64,000 nt of DNA from Chlamydiota bacterium (GCA_947494155.1 CANLTW010000001.1:84231-148230), one strand, 5' to 3'; shown: positions 45,153 through 54,898, counted from the first letter of the stretch. Notes: generated by a model not told the origin, from the sequence alone. Numbers and translations are program-made.

Positions 45153-45959
45153 TTACAACCTGTCTGGCTCTAGTAATCCCTCATAGGTAATTTGAAAAAG
45201 CTCTTGATGGATGATTTTTTCTAACCTGTATCGAAATACTGCATCCCCCTCGAGCTTGACCTGGAAAAGGAAGATCCCCTCATCCATCTGTTTTAGAACT
45301 TTCAAAGGGCGATGAAATTTATTTTCAAATCGATGCAAAAGGTGCCTCGTAATAGAGATATTTTGGGCATCGAAAAATTGGGCAAGGGTTTGATTTTGCT
45401 CAAAGATATTTTTAGAGGCCCCCTCGACCAAGGAACTCTTATTTTTGAGGAGCAATTGCGCAAGATCTTTCGATAAAATCGTACATGCCCCCTCAAAAAA
45501 AAGGGGGGGGTTCTTGTCGAGTGGAGACAATTCTTGGTCTATAGAGGCTGTTTTTTGCAACGGGAGGTAACTTAAAAATTTTAAAAGATCGGGAAAGACT
45601 AAAAAAGAGGAATGGCTGGGACAAATGATAAAATCATAAAGATCGAGCTGTGGACTAAAAACCTCTACTGCATCTAGGAGTTTACAGAGGGGTGTTCGGG
45701 ATGTGGTTTGGGGTTTTTTTAGCCAAAGAACATCTTTTTCAAAAGAATACCATGGTAGATTTGGATGGGATTTTACAAACCAGCACGTAAAATTATCGGG
45801 ATACCTATGCATATAGCGACGCCAGGAGGTGGTATAGGCTTTATCCACGAGATCCTGATCTAAAACATCGATAAGGACGAGATTTTTTTTAGTCCGTGCG
45901 CACTCATAAGCACACAGGGGCAAAACCAGCAGTAAGAAAATTGATCCAAGGGGTATCAT
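45153..45959 (-). CDS. Signal-peptide protein with weak GT31/Fringe-like glycosyltransferase resemblance, DxD motif absent
   Basis: Signal MIPLGSIFLLLVLPLCA. Motif-level resemblance only: KAYTTSWRRY, LYDFIICPSHSSFLVFPDLLKFL and FFEGACTILSKDLAQLL. Confidence 0.4.
   Translation of the reverse strand: MIPLGSIFLLLVLPLCAYECARTKKNLVLIDVLDQDLVDKAYTTSWRRYMHRYPDNFTCWFVKSHPNLPWYSFEKDVLWLKKPQTTSRTPLCKLLDAVEVFSPQLDLYDFIICPSHSSFLVFPDLLKFLSYLPLQKTASIDQELSPLDKNPPLFFEGACTILSKDLAQLLLKNKSSLVEGASKNIFEQNQTLAQFFDAQNISITRHLLHRFENKFHRPLKVLKQMDEGIFLFQVKLEGDAVFRYRLEKIIHQELFQITYEGLLEPDRL
45495..45510 (-). repeat. A8G8 (coding strand C8T8) homopolymer pair inside CDS 45153..45959
   Basis: The plus strand reads aaaaaaaagggggggg. 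The coding strand reads aac ccc ccc ctt ttt ttt gag, which encodes NPPLFFE. Confidence 0.95.
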
Positions 45960-46330
45960 GAGGGGTGCTCTTCTAAAATTTTTGGCTTACCATCTTTTGC
46001 AAAAAGGACCTTTTTCTCTTTTATTTTTGCTGCAATCACAAACTTTTTACCACGAAAAAAACCGGGCTTTAGCCCTTCAATATTTTCCAAATCGACATAT
46101 GTTTGCCCATTTTTTTGGATAAAATCGACTACAAATGGGGTCGATTCGAGTTTTGCGTACTCTGAGAGCAAAGAAAAAATTAAACTATGCTCTTCTTTGG
46201 CGCAGGCTTCCCGGTAAAGCCTCCAGTAGCTAAAACCTTTCGTGGAAACGACCCCCATCAAGGTACCAAGCAGAACCATCACAATCAACATCTCAAAAAG
46301 AGAAAAAGCTCTCCGTCTTTTAGGATTCAT
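45956..46330 (-). CDS. Pseudopilin (GspH-like position)
   Basis: N-terminus MNPKRRRAFSLFEMLIVMVLLGTLMGVV is prepilin-type. It overlaps the downstream gene by 4 nt. Confidence 0.65.
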   Translation of the reverse strand: MNPKRRRAFSLFEMLIVMVLLGTLMGVVSTKGFSYWRLYREACAKEEHSLIFSLLSEYAKLESTPFVVDFIQKNGQTYVDLENIEGLKPGFFRGKKFVIAAKIKEKKVLFAKDGKPKILEEHPS

Positions 46331-46339
46331 TCCTTAAAG

Positions 46340-46771
46340 TTAGCCTATTTTAGCTGGTGGAAACATCCAGGAGTATTTTTCTTTCAGGTCTTCATCAGAG
46401 ATGTTTTTTTGTTTTTGGACGTAGGATAAAAATTTTTCGGAGCGGACAAAAACCTCGTCTTCTTGCGACACCTCAATACGGTAAGGCACACCCCAGCCAT
46501 CTTTGAGCATCGATTTGGGATCTTTGAACATTTTTGCGTTTTTTAGAACAAGCTCAGGCTCCTTTTGAATAGATTCTGGATCGACCCCCATAGCAATCTG
46601 CATGGAAAAAATCTCCTGAATTTGTTGGGATGCTTGTTCGGTTTTAAAAGCTTTCCCCTCCTCAAGGCTCCCCTTCATATTGAACATAAACAGACCCGAA
46701 ATTAGCCCTAAAATCAGCATAACAATCATGATCTCGATCAACGTAAGCGCTTTTTTTCCTTTCTTTTTCAC
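46340..46771 (-). CDS. gspG: Type II secretion major pseudopilin GspG
   Basis: MKKKGKKALTLIEIMIVMLILGLISG, plus the GspG-like KDGWGVPYRI near the C-terminus. Confidence 0.8.
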   Translation of the reverse strand: MKKKGKKALTLIEIMIVMLILGLISGLFMFNMKGSLEEGKAFKTEQASQQIQEIFSMQIAMGVDPESIQKEPELVLKNAKMFKDPKSMLKDGWGVPYRIEVSQEDEVFVRSEKFLSYVQKQKNISDEDLKEKYSWMFPPAKIG

Positions 46772-47955
46772 GATGCCTCCATAAAAGATCTGATATCCGT
46801 CATTGGTAAAAGGGTACCTATCATAATCAATCCAACAATAAATCCGATAAAAATGATTAAAAAAGGTTGCAGAACTCCCACCATTTTTTTTAGAGAGGAC
46901 TCAACATTCTGCTCGTAAAGCTCTCCAGCTTGAAATAAAACAGTTTTTAATTCTCCACTTTTTTCGGCCGTTTCTAACATGCGACAGAAAAGTGGAGAAA
47001 TCAAAGGGGACTCCCTGAATGAGACCGAAATTGCATTCCCCTGATGGATAAGGAAAAGGGCTTTATCGATTGTTTGAACAAAAAAACGGTTTTCCATGAC
47101 CCCTTTGCAGAGCTCTAGAGCCTCTACTAAGGGTACATTAGCTGCTATAAGGGCATAAAGGGCGCGACAAAAACGGGCCATGAGGAGCTCTTTAAGAAAA
47201 GTCGATAACACAGGGATTTTTAGCACCGTTTCCCCTAAAAAAATGGAGACTCTCTCCATTTTTAAAAAAAAGCGCACTAAAAAAGGGGTCACTAAAAAAA
47301 AGGCCCCAAACAACAACCCATTTTCGGTGAAAATTTCTGAAGATTTCAATATCGCTCGCGTAAGAAGAGGGAGATTTTTTTCAGAAAAGAGCTCTTTGAG
47401 GGAGGGGACAAGAAAAGTCAGTAGGACAACTAAAATTAGTAATGCCAAAGAGAGCAAAAAAGCGGGATAGCTTACTGCAGAGAGGACTTGCTTTTTAAGG
47501 GCCTCTTTTTTTTTCAGCATCTCGGTAATTTCTTTTACCGTAACAGCTATTTGGCCGGAGGTCTCTGCCATGCGGATCATCCCCACGATCACCGGATCGA
47601 ACGCCTGGTTGGCTTCTTCCATCGACGAGGAGAAGCTTTTACCCCTTTTAAGGGATTCTTTTAGCCCTAAAAAAAGGGGGTACTGTTTCGTCCCCTCAAA
47701 TTTTTGCTGTATAAGATCCAAAGCATCAAAAAGGACGATCCCTGCTTGCAAAAGCTGATACAAATCCTGAAAAAAAAGGATTGTTTCATGAAGACTCAGA
47801 AGCTCTTTTTTTGCACCCTTTTGGGGCAGAATTTCTGTAAACCAGATCTCCTCTTTGATCAAAAGCTCTTTTGCCCCCTCAAGCGAGTCTGCCCAAATCT
47901 CTTTTTTTAGTAGAGCACCGGAGGCATCCATCCCTTTATAGATAAAGATAGGCAT
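46768..47955 (-). CDS. gspF: Type II secretion inner-membrane platform protein GspF
   Basis: 395 aa with two T2SSF-type repeats and three TM helices. It sits between gspE and gspG. Confidence 0.85.
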   Translation of the reverse strand: MPIFIYKGMDASGALLKKEIWADSLEGAKELLIKEEIWFTEILPQKGAKKELLSLHETILFFQDLYQLLQAGIVLFDALDLIQQKFEGTKQYPLFLGLKESLKRGKSFSSSMEEANQAFDPVIVGMIRMAETSGQIAVTVKEITEMLKKKEALKKQVLSAVSYPAFLLSLALLILVVLLTFLVPSLKELFSEKNLPLLTRAILKSSEIFTENGLLFGAFFLVTPFLVRFFLKMERVSIFLGETVLKIPVLSTFLKELLMARFCRALYALIAANVPLVEALELCKGVMENRFFVQTIDKALFLIHQGNAISVSFRESPLISPLFCRMLETAEKSGELKTVLFQAGELYEQNVESSLKKMVGVLQPFLIIFIGFIVGLIMIGTLLPMTDIRSFMEAS

Positions 47956-47956
47956 A

Positions 47957-49489
47957 CTACACTGCCCCTTTACCTGTTACCCGCACAATCTCTTCGACTG
48001 TAGTGATCCCATTTAAAACTAGTCTAATCCCCTGTTCGCGCAAAGAGATGAATCCCTGATTTTTTGCAAACGCCGCCCTTTTCACAGGATCCTGCTCTTC
48101 ATGGTACACTGAGCGCATCGAGGGTGTCATTACAAGTAGCTCATAAATTCCCATCCGCCCTTTATATCCGAGCTCAAAGCATTGGGGGCATCCACGGGCA
48201 CGATAGAGAGACGGCCTATCCCCCTCAAGACCAAGATCTTTACACTCCTCATCACTGGGAGAGTAGCGCTCTTTGCAGGAATGGCAAATCACACGCACCA
48301 GGCGTTGGGCTAGCACCCCGATAAGAGAGGATGAGATCAAAAAAGGTTCTATACCCATATCAATGAGTCGGGTTGGGGCGCTCAATGCATCGTTTGTGTG
48401 TAATGTGGACAATACCAGATGCCCAGTTAAAGAGGCCTGAATCGCAATCTCTGCTGTCTCTTTATCCCGAATCTCTCCCACCATGATCACATCTGGATCC
48501 TGTCTTAAAATGTGTCTTAAGCCTGTGCTAAAGGTGAGATGTATCTTGGAGTTGACCCCGATCTGCGCCATATGGGGCAACTTGTATTCCACCGGATCTT
48601 CAATCGTCATGATGTTGATTTGAGAGGAGTCCAATTCTTTCAAAGCGCTATATAAAGTTGTTGTTTTCCCACTTCCCGTTGGACCGGTAACAAGAAGAAT
48701 CCCCTGCGTTTTGGTTAAAAGGGTTTTTAGCTTTTCTAACAGCCCCTTTTCTAATCCAATCGCATCCAACCCCAAATGGATATTTTTTTTATCCAATATC
48801 CTTAAAACAACCCTCTCCCCAAAAACGACCGGAACAGTCGACACGCGGAAATCGATCTGCCGCTCCCCTAGAGCGAGCTTCATCCTTCCGTCTTGGGGTA
48901 ACCTGGACTCTGCAATGTCCAGCTTAGCCAAAACTTTCAAGCGTGTGATCAGCTCATTTTGCTGGGAACGCACCACGGTTTTTTTTTCGTGCAAAACACC
49001 ATCAATTCGATAGCGCACAAGAAGAAAATTTTCCTGCGGCTCAAAATGGATATCGGACGCTTTTTGGCTAATGGCCTCTAGAAGGATACGATCACATAAG
49101 TGGATCACCCCATTTTCTAAGCGCTCTTCCAAAAGATCATAATGCTCGACCGAGATCTCCTGCTGCGCTTGGGGGCTGTCCAACATCCTTGGACTATTTT
49201 TATGATAGCATAGCTCAATCGCCTGCTCGATCTCCTCCAGAGATTTTTGAACGGGGACAATCCGTTTTTTTGTCTTGAATCTAAGATCTTCAAGCGCTTC
49301 AAAGCAGAAAGGATCGTGAACCGCTACCTCGATTTTTTCCCCATTTTCAAAAAAGGGGATACACCGGTGTTTTTTTGCAAAAGCATAGGGAACTATCTGC
49401 GTCCCCTCGATCAAAAATCTGGATTGCAACCAATGGGTATTTTTTTCTAGCTCAAGCTCAGTAGCGGCAAGAGGGGTCTTTGTAGTCAT
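47957..49489 (-). CDS. gspE: Type II secretion ATPase GspE
   Basis: Walker A GPTGSGKTT, Walker B IMVGEIRD, His box LSTLHTN, and the tetracysteine CHSC...CPQC. Confidence 0.92.
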   Translation of the reverse strand: MTTKTPLAATELELEKNTHWLQSRFLIEGTQIVPYAFAKKHRCIPFFENGEKIEVAVHDPFCFEALEDLRFKTKKRIVPVQKSLEEIEQAIELCYHKNSPRMLDSPQAQQEISVEHYDLLEERLENGVIHLCDRILLEAISQKASDIHFEPQENFLLVRYRIDGVLHEKKTVVRSQQNELITRLKVLAKLDIAESRLPQDGRMKLALGERQIDFRVSTVPVVFGERVVLRILDKKNIHLGLDAIGLEKGLLEKLKTLLTKTQGILLVTGPTGSGKTTTLYSALKELDSSQINIMTIEDPVEYKLPHMAQIGVNSKIHLTFSTGLRHILRQDPDVIMVGEIRDKETAEIAIQASLTGHLVLSTLHTNDALSAPTRLIDMGIEPFLISSSLIGVLAQRLVRVICHSCKERYSPSDEECKDLGLEGDRPSLYRARGCPQCFELGYKGRMGIYELLVMTPSMRSVYHEEQDPVKRAAFAKNQGFISLREQGIRLVLNGITTVEEIVRVTGKGAV

Positions 49490-51794
49490 GGGTATTACCG
49501 GTCAAAAGCTTCATGCTTTGCTCGAAAAGCTTCCTTTTTTGTTTCATTTTTGCCTCTTTGCGACACTCAAGAAACGGAGGCAAATCTCCAGGTCTGCGGC
49601 AAAGCTCCTCTTGTCTGATCGCCTCTAAATCCGCATGGGTACTTTTTATTACTCTAGGGGTAATGAATATGTACATATCGGTTAGTTGATCGGTCATTTG
49701 GGAGGCACCAAAAACTTTTGCTAAACCGGGGATCTCCCCCAAAAAAGGAAGCTTTTCTGTTTTATCAAGGGAATCTTTCCGTTTTAGCCCTCCCATGATG
49801 ATCGTCTCCCCATCCAAAACCCGCACCTGGTTGATCACATGACGGCGATTGACATCGGGTTTGAAGGCTATGTCATTTTTAATCGTATCAAACGTTACAT
49901 CGGCATCAATAGTGATGTAGTTTCGTCGTTGGTCATCATCAGGCTCTGGTTCATGAACGGTAGGGGTCATGACAAGAGTCACACCATACTGTGCCCGGGA
50001 GTAGGAGTCCTGGTATGAGATAGATCCGCCTGTGTTGTTTACTGCGGCGGCTCCATTGTTGATCGAAATCTCCTCAACGATAGCAATTGTTGCCGGCGTT
50101 TGGTTTATAGTGGTTACCGTAGGAGAGGAGTGGATCCGAATGTCCTCTTGATTCATCAAAAAATTATACGTTAGATCAAATGCGGGAAAGGCTTTGGATC
50201 TTGGGCGACTAAAGAAAAATTCGAGAATTCCCCTGTTGGGTTGTGCAGGCTGGTTCAAGAAATCCAGCCCACCTGCAACTTGGCTTAAGGCATTTGTGCC
50301 GATCCTTAAGAGGTTGAGCCCCGAATTAGTCTGCATGTTGGTCCGCTTTTCACACAAAATCACCTCAAAATGAACCATTTTTTTAGGCACATCGAGCATT
50401 TTCAAAAGATCTTTGATCCGATCCAACGTATCTTTGCGTACAACCATCATGATCCCCCCGGCTTTTCCATAAGGGATGAAATTTTTCAGTTTTACCGTTT
50501 TCACCGGCCCTTGTGGATCGGGGGTTTGGACTTTTGGGGGGTTCACCAGCCCTCTAACTGCAGGATCAATCGTATTATAAGCCCCCGGTGTTGGCTCATT
50601 GAGGAGAATCTCTTTTGAGGCTTGTTGCTCTTTTGTCTCTTTTTTATCAGCAGACTCCAAACCAAACTTCATTAAAGAGGCGTAAACCTGCTCTAAAATC
50701 TCAGAGATATCATTCGGATCGCTGTGTCGGCAAACGTACCAGAAAACGGTCATTTCGGAGGGGTCGATTAACTGATCCTCGGTTTGTTTCACGATTTCCA
50801 TCGCCCGTTCGACGAGTTTTTTTGGCCCAACAAGGACAATCCCCGACTCTTGCACAAGCGGCAGAACAGATAATTCGGTCGGATTTTTCCCCATCATACT
50901 CATATTTTCGGCAAGGCCGCCAAAAAAGGCCTTGAGGATATTCTTCATTTCCTCCGGCGAGAGCTTTTGTAGCGACATGACTCTCGTGATCCGTTCCGCC
51001 TCGTCATCAAAGGCTCCGTCATACATCTCTACAAGGCGCATAACATCCTCTTTTGTCCCCACAAGAGCAATTTTAGCCCCAATCTGGTAGACAAATGTCC
51101 GTTTTGTATCCCGAAAGCGATCAAAGAAAAAGAAAGTGTTTTTGATATTTTCTACAGGCGCCTCAAAAAGATGCATCACCCGGCTGGCGGGGGGAACAAC
51201 GGCCAGATGCTCTTTTTTATAAGTGATGCGATTGCAGGTGATGAGATCTTGTTTTAAAAGAAAAAGCTGTCTTGCAAAAGGGTTAATCTCAATTACCCCG
51301 ACTCCGTTGTATTGCAAAATAAGATCGATCATCTCCTGCCAGGAATCCCTAGGTATCGCAATCGCCGATTGCATCGAGATTTTTATAGTGGAGACCTCTT
51401 GAGGTAGAATATAGAGGAAATCTTTGGAGCCGTACTCGCTTATGAGTTGCCCAATGGTGGTCTCCTCCTGGTCAAAAAGGGCAAATTCCTCTTTTTTGGG
51501 GGCAAAAAGGTAGGAAAATCGACTCTTCCAATCTTTTTGTTTCTCCTCGAGGGCTTGTTTCTTTTCGTTGATTCGCCCCAATAAATCTTGATACTCGTCT
51601 AACTGGGCATTAGCAGAAACCAAAGAACCGGCTTGTAAATAGAGTTCATCGATCTCTTTTCTCAATAAAGTGAGATCACTTTGCATTTGGGGAAGAATCT
51701 GCTTTTTTTCTTCCGCTAAAACTGGCCTCTCTTTTGCACATAGAGAGCTAAGTGTTAAACACACCCCAAAAGCTGAGAGGGCAAAAAATCTCAT
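49458..51794 (-). CDS. gspD: Type II secretion secretin GspD
   Basis: 778 aa. Signal peptide, N-domains and a C-terminal secretin core (KLPFLGEIPGLAKVFG). Confidence 0.88.
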   Translation of the reverse strand: MRFFALSAFGVCLTLSSLCAKERPVLAEEKKQILPQMQSDLTLLRKEIDELYLQAGSLVSANAQLDEYQDLLGRINEKKQALEEKQKDWKSRFSYLFAPKKEEFALFDQEETTIGQLISEYGSKDFLYILPQEVSTIKISMQSAIAIPRDSWQEMIDLILQYNGVGVIEINPFARQLFLLKQDLITCNRITYKKEHLAVVPPASRVMHLFEAPVENIKNTFFFFDRFRDTKRTFVYQIGAKIALVGTKEDVMRLVEMYDGAFDDEAERITRVMSLQKLSPEEMKNILKAFFGGLAENMSMMGKNPTELSVLPLVQESGIVLVGPKKLVERAMEIVKQTEDQLIDPSEMTVFWYVCRHSDPNDISEILEQVYASLMKFGLESADKKETKEQQASKEILLNEPTPGAYNTIDPAVRGLVNPPKVQTPDPQGPVKTVKLKNFIPYGKAGGIMMVVRKDTLDRIKDLLKMLDVPKKMVHFEVILCEKRTNMQTNSGLNLLRIGTNALSQVAGGLDFLNQPAQPNRGILEFFFSRPRSKAFPAFDLTYNFLMNQEDIRIHSSPTVTTINQTPATIAIVEEISINNGAAAVNNTGGSISYQDSYSRAQYGVTLVMTPTVHEPEPDDDQRRNYITIDADVTFDTIKNDIAFKPDVNRRHVINQVRVLDGETIIMGGLKRKDSLDKTEKLPFLGEIPGLAKVFGASQMTDQLTDMYIFITPRVIKSTHADLEAIRQEELCRRPGDLPPFLECRKEAKMKQKRKLFEQSMKLLTGNTHDYKDPSCRY

Positions 51795-53083
51795 CAGAAA
51801 TCCTCTAGTTCGTCGTCGAAATCATCCAGCATCGGGTCAACCGCAGGGGGAAAGTGGCGCATACCCTCTTTAGACTCCCCCTTTTTTTCCGTTTTAGCAC
51901 CAGCCTTAGGAGGGTTTGGTGCCATTACTGATAATTTGGTATCTAATGTAACTCTTACTGTCTCTTTTTGTATATGAAGACCATCAAAAACCTCAAATTG
52001 GGCGACCCATTTACCCCCCTCTTTTTTCATGGAGGAAAAATGTAAGAGGCCAGCGTTAAACCTACCTTCAAACGCCTCCTCGAGCCTTGCTTTTTGCGCT
52101 CTTGTCCAGTCCCCATTCTCCTCAATCAGCCAGTCCCCCACGTATACCGCCATCCTGCTCCCTTTTTTAAGCCAAATCGCCTCATAACCAAAAGGCTTCG
52201 CCCCTTCTAAAAAAGTCTGCACTTTAGGGGCAAGCCTCTCAGGCTTTTCAAGGGGTATTCTTAGGGGCTCTTTTTGGAACCCTTTTTGATCCCAAACGAC
52301 AAGCTCAATAAAGGTATCTTCTACGCTCTGTAATTTTGACAAAAAGCAATCGCCTCTTTGCCCTCTTTCTGCGGCAAAAAAAAGGCGCCCCTCTTTAAAA
52401 TACAAAAGATCATTTTCTACGAGAACATATAGCCTTTGTTGGATAGGATCAAAAAGGCGTAACGTCTCTTTTCTCTCCCTTTTTAGGTATTCAGCCAAGG
52501 CGTCTTTCCCCAAAAATTTCAAGCGTCTGAGATGCTCTTTGAAAATACGTAGTTTTCCCGTCTCAGCTCCCCCCTTTTTTTCCTCCAAAGAGTGGGCAAA
52601 AAGCCGGTTTTTTTGTCCGTTCCAAGCAACGTATAGCTCCAGCCCATCATACTGGGCTTGGTATACCCCTGTGTTTTCGTCGGCAAAACAGAGCTGCCCC
52701 TCATTGTCGTATCCAAGGTAAAAGGGGGTTTTTAAAAACACCGTCTTTTCCTCATTTTTCCCCTTAATTCTTAAAAGGGCCTCGTCTGCTTCCCTATCGG
52801 GACGTGTATTGACCCCTAAAAGTTCCAGTTTTTCAAAAAAAAGGGGGCAAAGCTCATCGAGCTCTGTATAGGAGGTTTTGCACCAGTTAGGACTCCAATC
52901 GGGAAAAACAAACTGCTGAATTGATTTGCCCCCCTCTTGAGGATCAGCTAGAGGGGATTCAGGGAGTTTTTTAAGATAAAGCCCGTAAGTAAAGGGGATT
53001 ATGGGTACCAAAACGGCCGCTGTGGTGATTGTGCTCACCCATCTTTGATAAAAGGGAATCCATCGGGAGAAATAGGACCACAT
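51794..53083 (-). CDS. Membrane-anchored hypothetical protein at the head of the T2SS operon (GspC-position analogue)
   Basis: N-terminal TM helix ITTAAVLVPIIPFTYGLYL. It overlaps the gspD start by 1 nt. The C-terminal tail is acidic (DPMLDDFDDELEDF). Confidence 0.5.
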   Translation of the reverse strand: MWSYFSRWIPFYQRWVSTITTAAVLVPIIPFTYGLYLKKLPESPLADPQEGGKSIQQFVFPDWSPNWCKTSYTELDELCPLFFEKLELLGVNTRPDREADEALLRIKGKNEEKTVFLKTPFYLGYDNEGQLCFADENTGVYQAQYDGLELYVAWNGQKNRLFAHSLEEKKGGAETGKLRIFKEHLRRLKFLGKDALAEYLKRERKETLRLFDPIQQRLYVLVENDLLYFKEGRLFFAAERGQRGDCFLSKLQSVEDTFIELVVWDQKGFQKEPLRIPLEKPERLAPKVQTFLEGAKPFGYEAIWLKKGSRMAVYVGDWLIEENGDWTRAQKARLEEAFEGRFNAGLLHFSSMKKEGGKWVAQFEVFDGLHIQKETVRVTLDTKLSVMAPNPPKAGAKTEKKGESKEGMRHFPPAVDPMLDDFDDELEDF

Positions 53084-53177
53084 GTGATAAGTATATAGAA
53101 ACTAGGGTTTAACATCCATTTATTGAAAAATATTCATAAATGTTTATTGTGAAGAAATAAACAAGGAAATCCATTTC

Positions 53178-53564
53178 ATGGCAAATAATGACCAAAATAG
53201 ATCAAAGAAAGAGGGTGTTTCAGTAGAGGAAATGCAATCCTTTTTCAAAAATTACGGAGCTGAAATCAGTCTCTGTCTTATTTTTATTCTCTCAGCTATA
53301 AGTGCCCGTTACCTTTTTGGTATGGAAACGTGGTGCATCATCCTCTTAGGTATTGGCGGTGTTCTAGGCTGTTTATTACCTAGACCAATTAGACAAGGGG
53401 TGGAATCCGTAATGAGATTCAGTGTCGGATCCGGAAACAAATACAGTCAGCTCATCATAGCGATTGTAGCAATAGTGGTTTCGCTCGTTGCATCGCCTCT
53501 AACTTTCTTGATCTTTGGTCTAGTTGCAGGTGAAACACTTATCATGGCCAGAAAGGGGCATTAA
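53178..53564 (+). CDS. Small membrane protein with two bilobed hydrophobic domains (Inc-like)
   Basis: ISLCLIFILSAISARYLFGMETWCIILLGIGGVLGCLL and LIIAIVAIVVSLVASPLTFLIFGLVAGETLIM. Confidence 0.5.
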   Translation: MANNDQNRSKKEGVSVEEMQSFFKNYGAEISLCLIFILSAISARYLFGMETWCIILLGIGGVLGCLLPRPIRQGVESVMRFSVGSGNKYSQLIIAIVAIVVSLVASPLTFLIFGLVAGETLIMARKGH

Positions 53565-53638
53565 CCTTTCGACATCCACCCTGTTCAGCCCCCGATTTAT
53601 GGGTTTTTTCGACCGATAATGGGGGTTGAATGATCTTT

Positions 53639-54229
53639 TCATGAGTAGAGTGTTTCTACCGTAATATCCCCTATCTTATAAAAGTCGAGAACCTCCTCAA
53701 CCTCTTGTGGAAAGGCGGCTTTTAACTCCTGCAACGATGCCAAGGTCTTTTGATGACTAGGGTTTTTAAGCGTCGATTCCAGAGCAAGAATCCTTAAAAG
53801 ATTCAGACATTTCAAAGTGGGTGATTGCAGCTCTTCATGGTGTTTGAGAGATACATCCAAAGCCTCTTTATATCTTTTTAAAGAGATCAGCCTGGTTGCC
53901 TGAGAAAATTGCGAAGAGACTTTTTTGGTTAGTTGCTCTACGATCACTGCATCATCAAGAAAAAATCTCCCCATCTCCCGCATCAAGTCCCGGTGTTTCA
54001 CTAAAAAACGGCTCGCCTGCTTCTTTTCTTTAGTTGAGACAACCTCTTGTTCTTGCATATCCATCAGTGTCGAAAACACCTCCACCCCTTCTGTCCCATT
54101 TTTAGAACTTAACGCAGCAAAAACACTTAAAAAGAGTGCTATTGCAATCGCAACCGTGGCATAAACCCAGTATCGCTCAAGCCAGTTTTTTTTAACCCCG
54201 ATAGCATCCGTGCGTAAAACCTCGATCAT
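53639..54229 (-). CDS. Hypothetical single-pass membrane protein
   Basis: 196 aa with TM helix YWVYATVAIAIALFLSVFAAL. No other motif was recognised. Confidence 0.45.
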   Translation of the reverse strand: MIEVLRTDAIGVKKNWLERYWVYATVAIAIALFLSVFAALSSKNGTEGVEVFSTLMDMQEQEVVSTKEKKQASRFLVKHRDLMREMGRFFLDDAVIVEQLTKKVSSQFSQATRLISLKRYKEALDVSLKHHEELQSPTLKCLNLLRILALESTLKNPSHQKTLASLQELKAAFPQEVEEVLDFYKIGDITVETLYS

Positions 54230-54391
54230 GATTGGTGATTTCCTTACTAAAACAGTCTTTGCATTCTACTGAAACAGAATCCCCCTTTTCAAGAAAAAAC
54301 AACAAAGAGGAGATCACTATCCAAACATGAGGGTTGAAAAGAAATTTTTAATTTTTCAAGATGGGAAAAAATCCCTTATTTTAGGACTTTT

Positions 54392-54898
54392 ATGAACTTT
54401 TCTTTAATAAAAGCGGCGATTGTGGCTGGCCTTGTTGTGTTTTTTGCAAACCATTTGATGTGGCAAGCCACGCCGTTTCGAGCGTCTAGCTATTTTAAAA
54501 GCGATTGCGCCGTTAGAAAATGCCTCAATGAGAACACCAAAGAGAGCGGAATCTATTCGATTAGACCAGACGGGAGCGAGGCTACACCAGTACGAGTGGT
54601 GGCTTTTATAGACAAATCGGTCTCTCATCATGAATGGGCTATTCGCCTAATCTCGATCTTGGAAAAAATCATTGTGGCAGGACTCATCGGAGGAATCATG
54701 CTTGTATTAAGAGCCAATAACATCCCCGGCCGCATTGAAACCATCTTGATGATTAGCTTGATCATCACAATTGGTGGTTTTGGATCGATGCTCTTGTGGT
54801 GCTCGGTCCCCTTTTCCATAAGTGCATTTGTTTTGGTTACGACATTTTTAAGCTGGACAATAGGCGGTCTTGTTGTAGCAAGAATGCTCAAGATCTAA
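54392..54898 (+). CDS. Hypothetical multi-pass membrane protein
   Basis: 168 aa with four hydrophobic segments. No motif was recognised. Confidence 0.45.
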   Translation: MNFSLIKAAIVAGLVVFFANHLMWQATPFRASSYFKSDCAVRKCLNENTKESGIYSIRPDGSEATPVRVVAFIDKSVSHHEWAIRLISILEKIIVAGLIGGIMLVLRANNIPGRIETILMISLIITIGGFGSMLLWCSVPFSISAFVLVTTFLSWTIGGLVVARMLKI

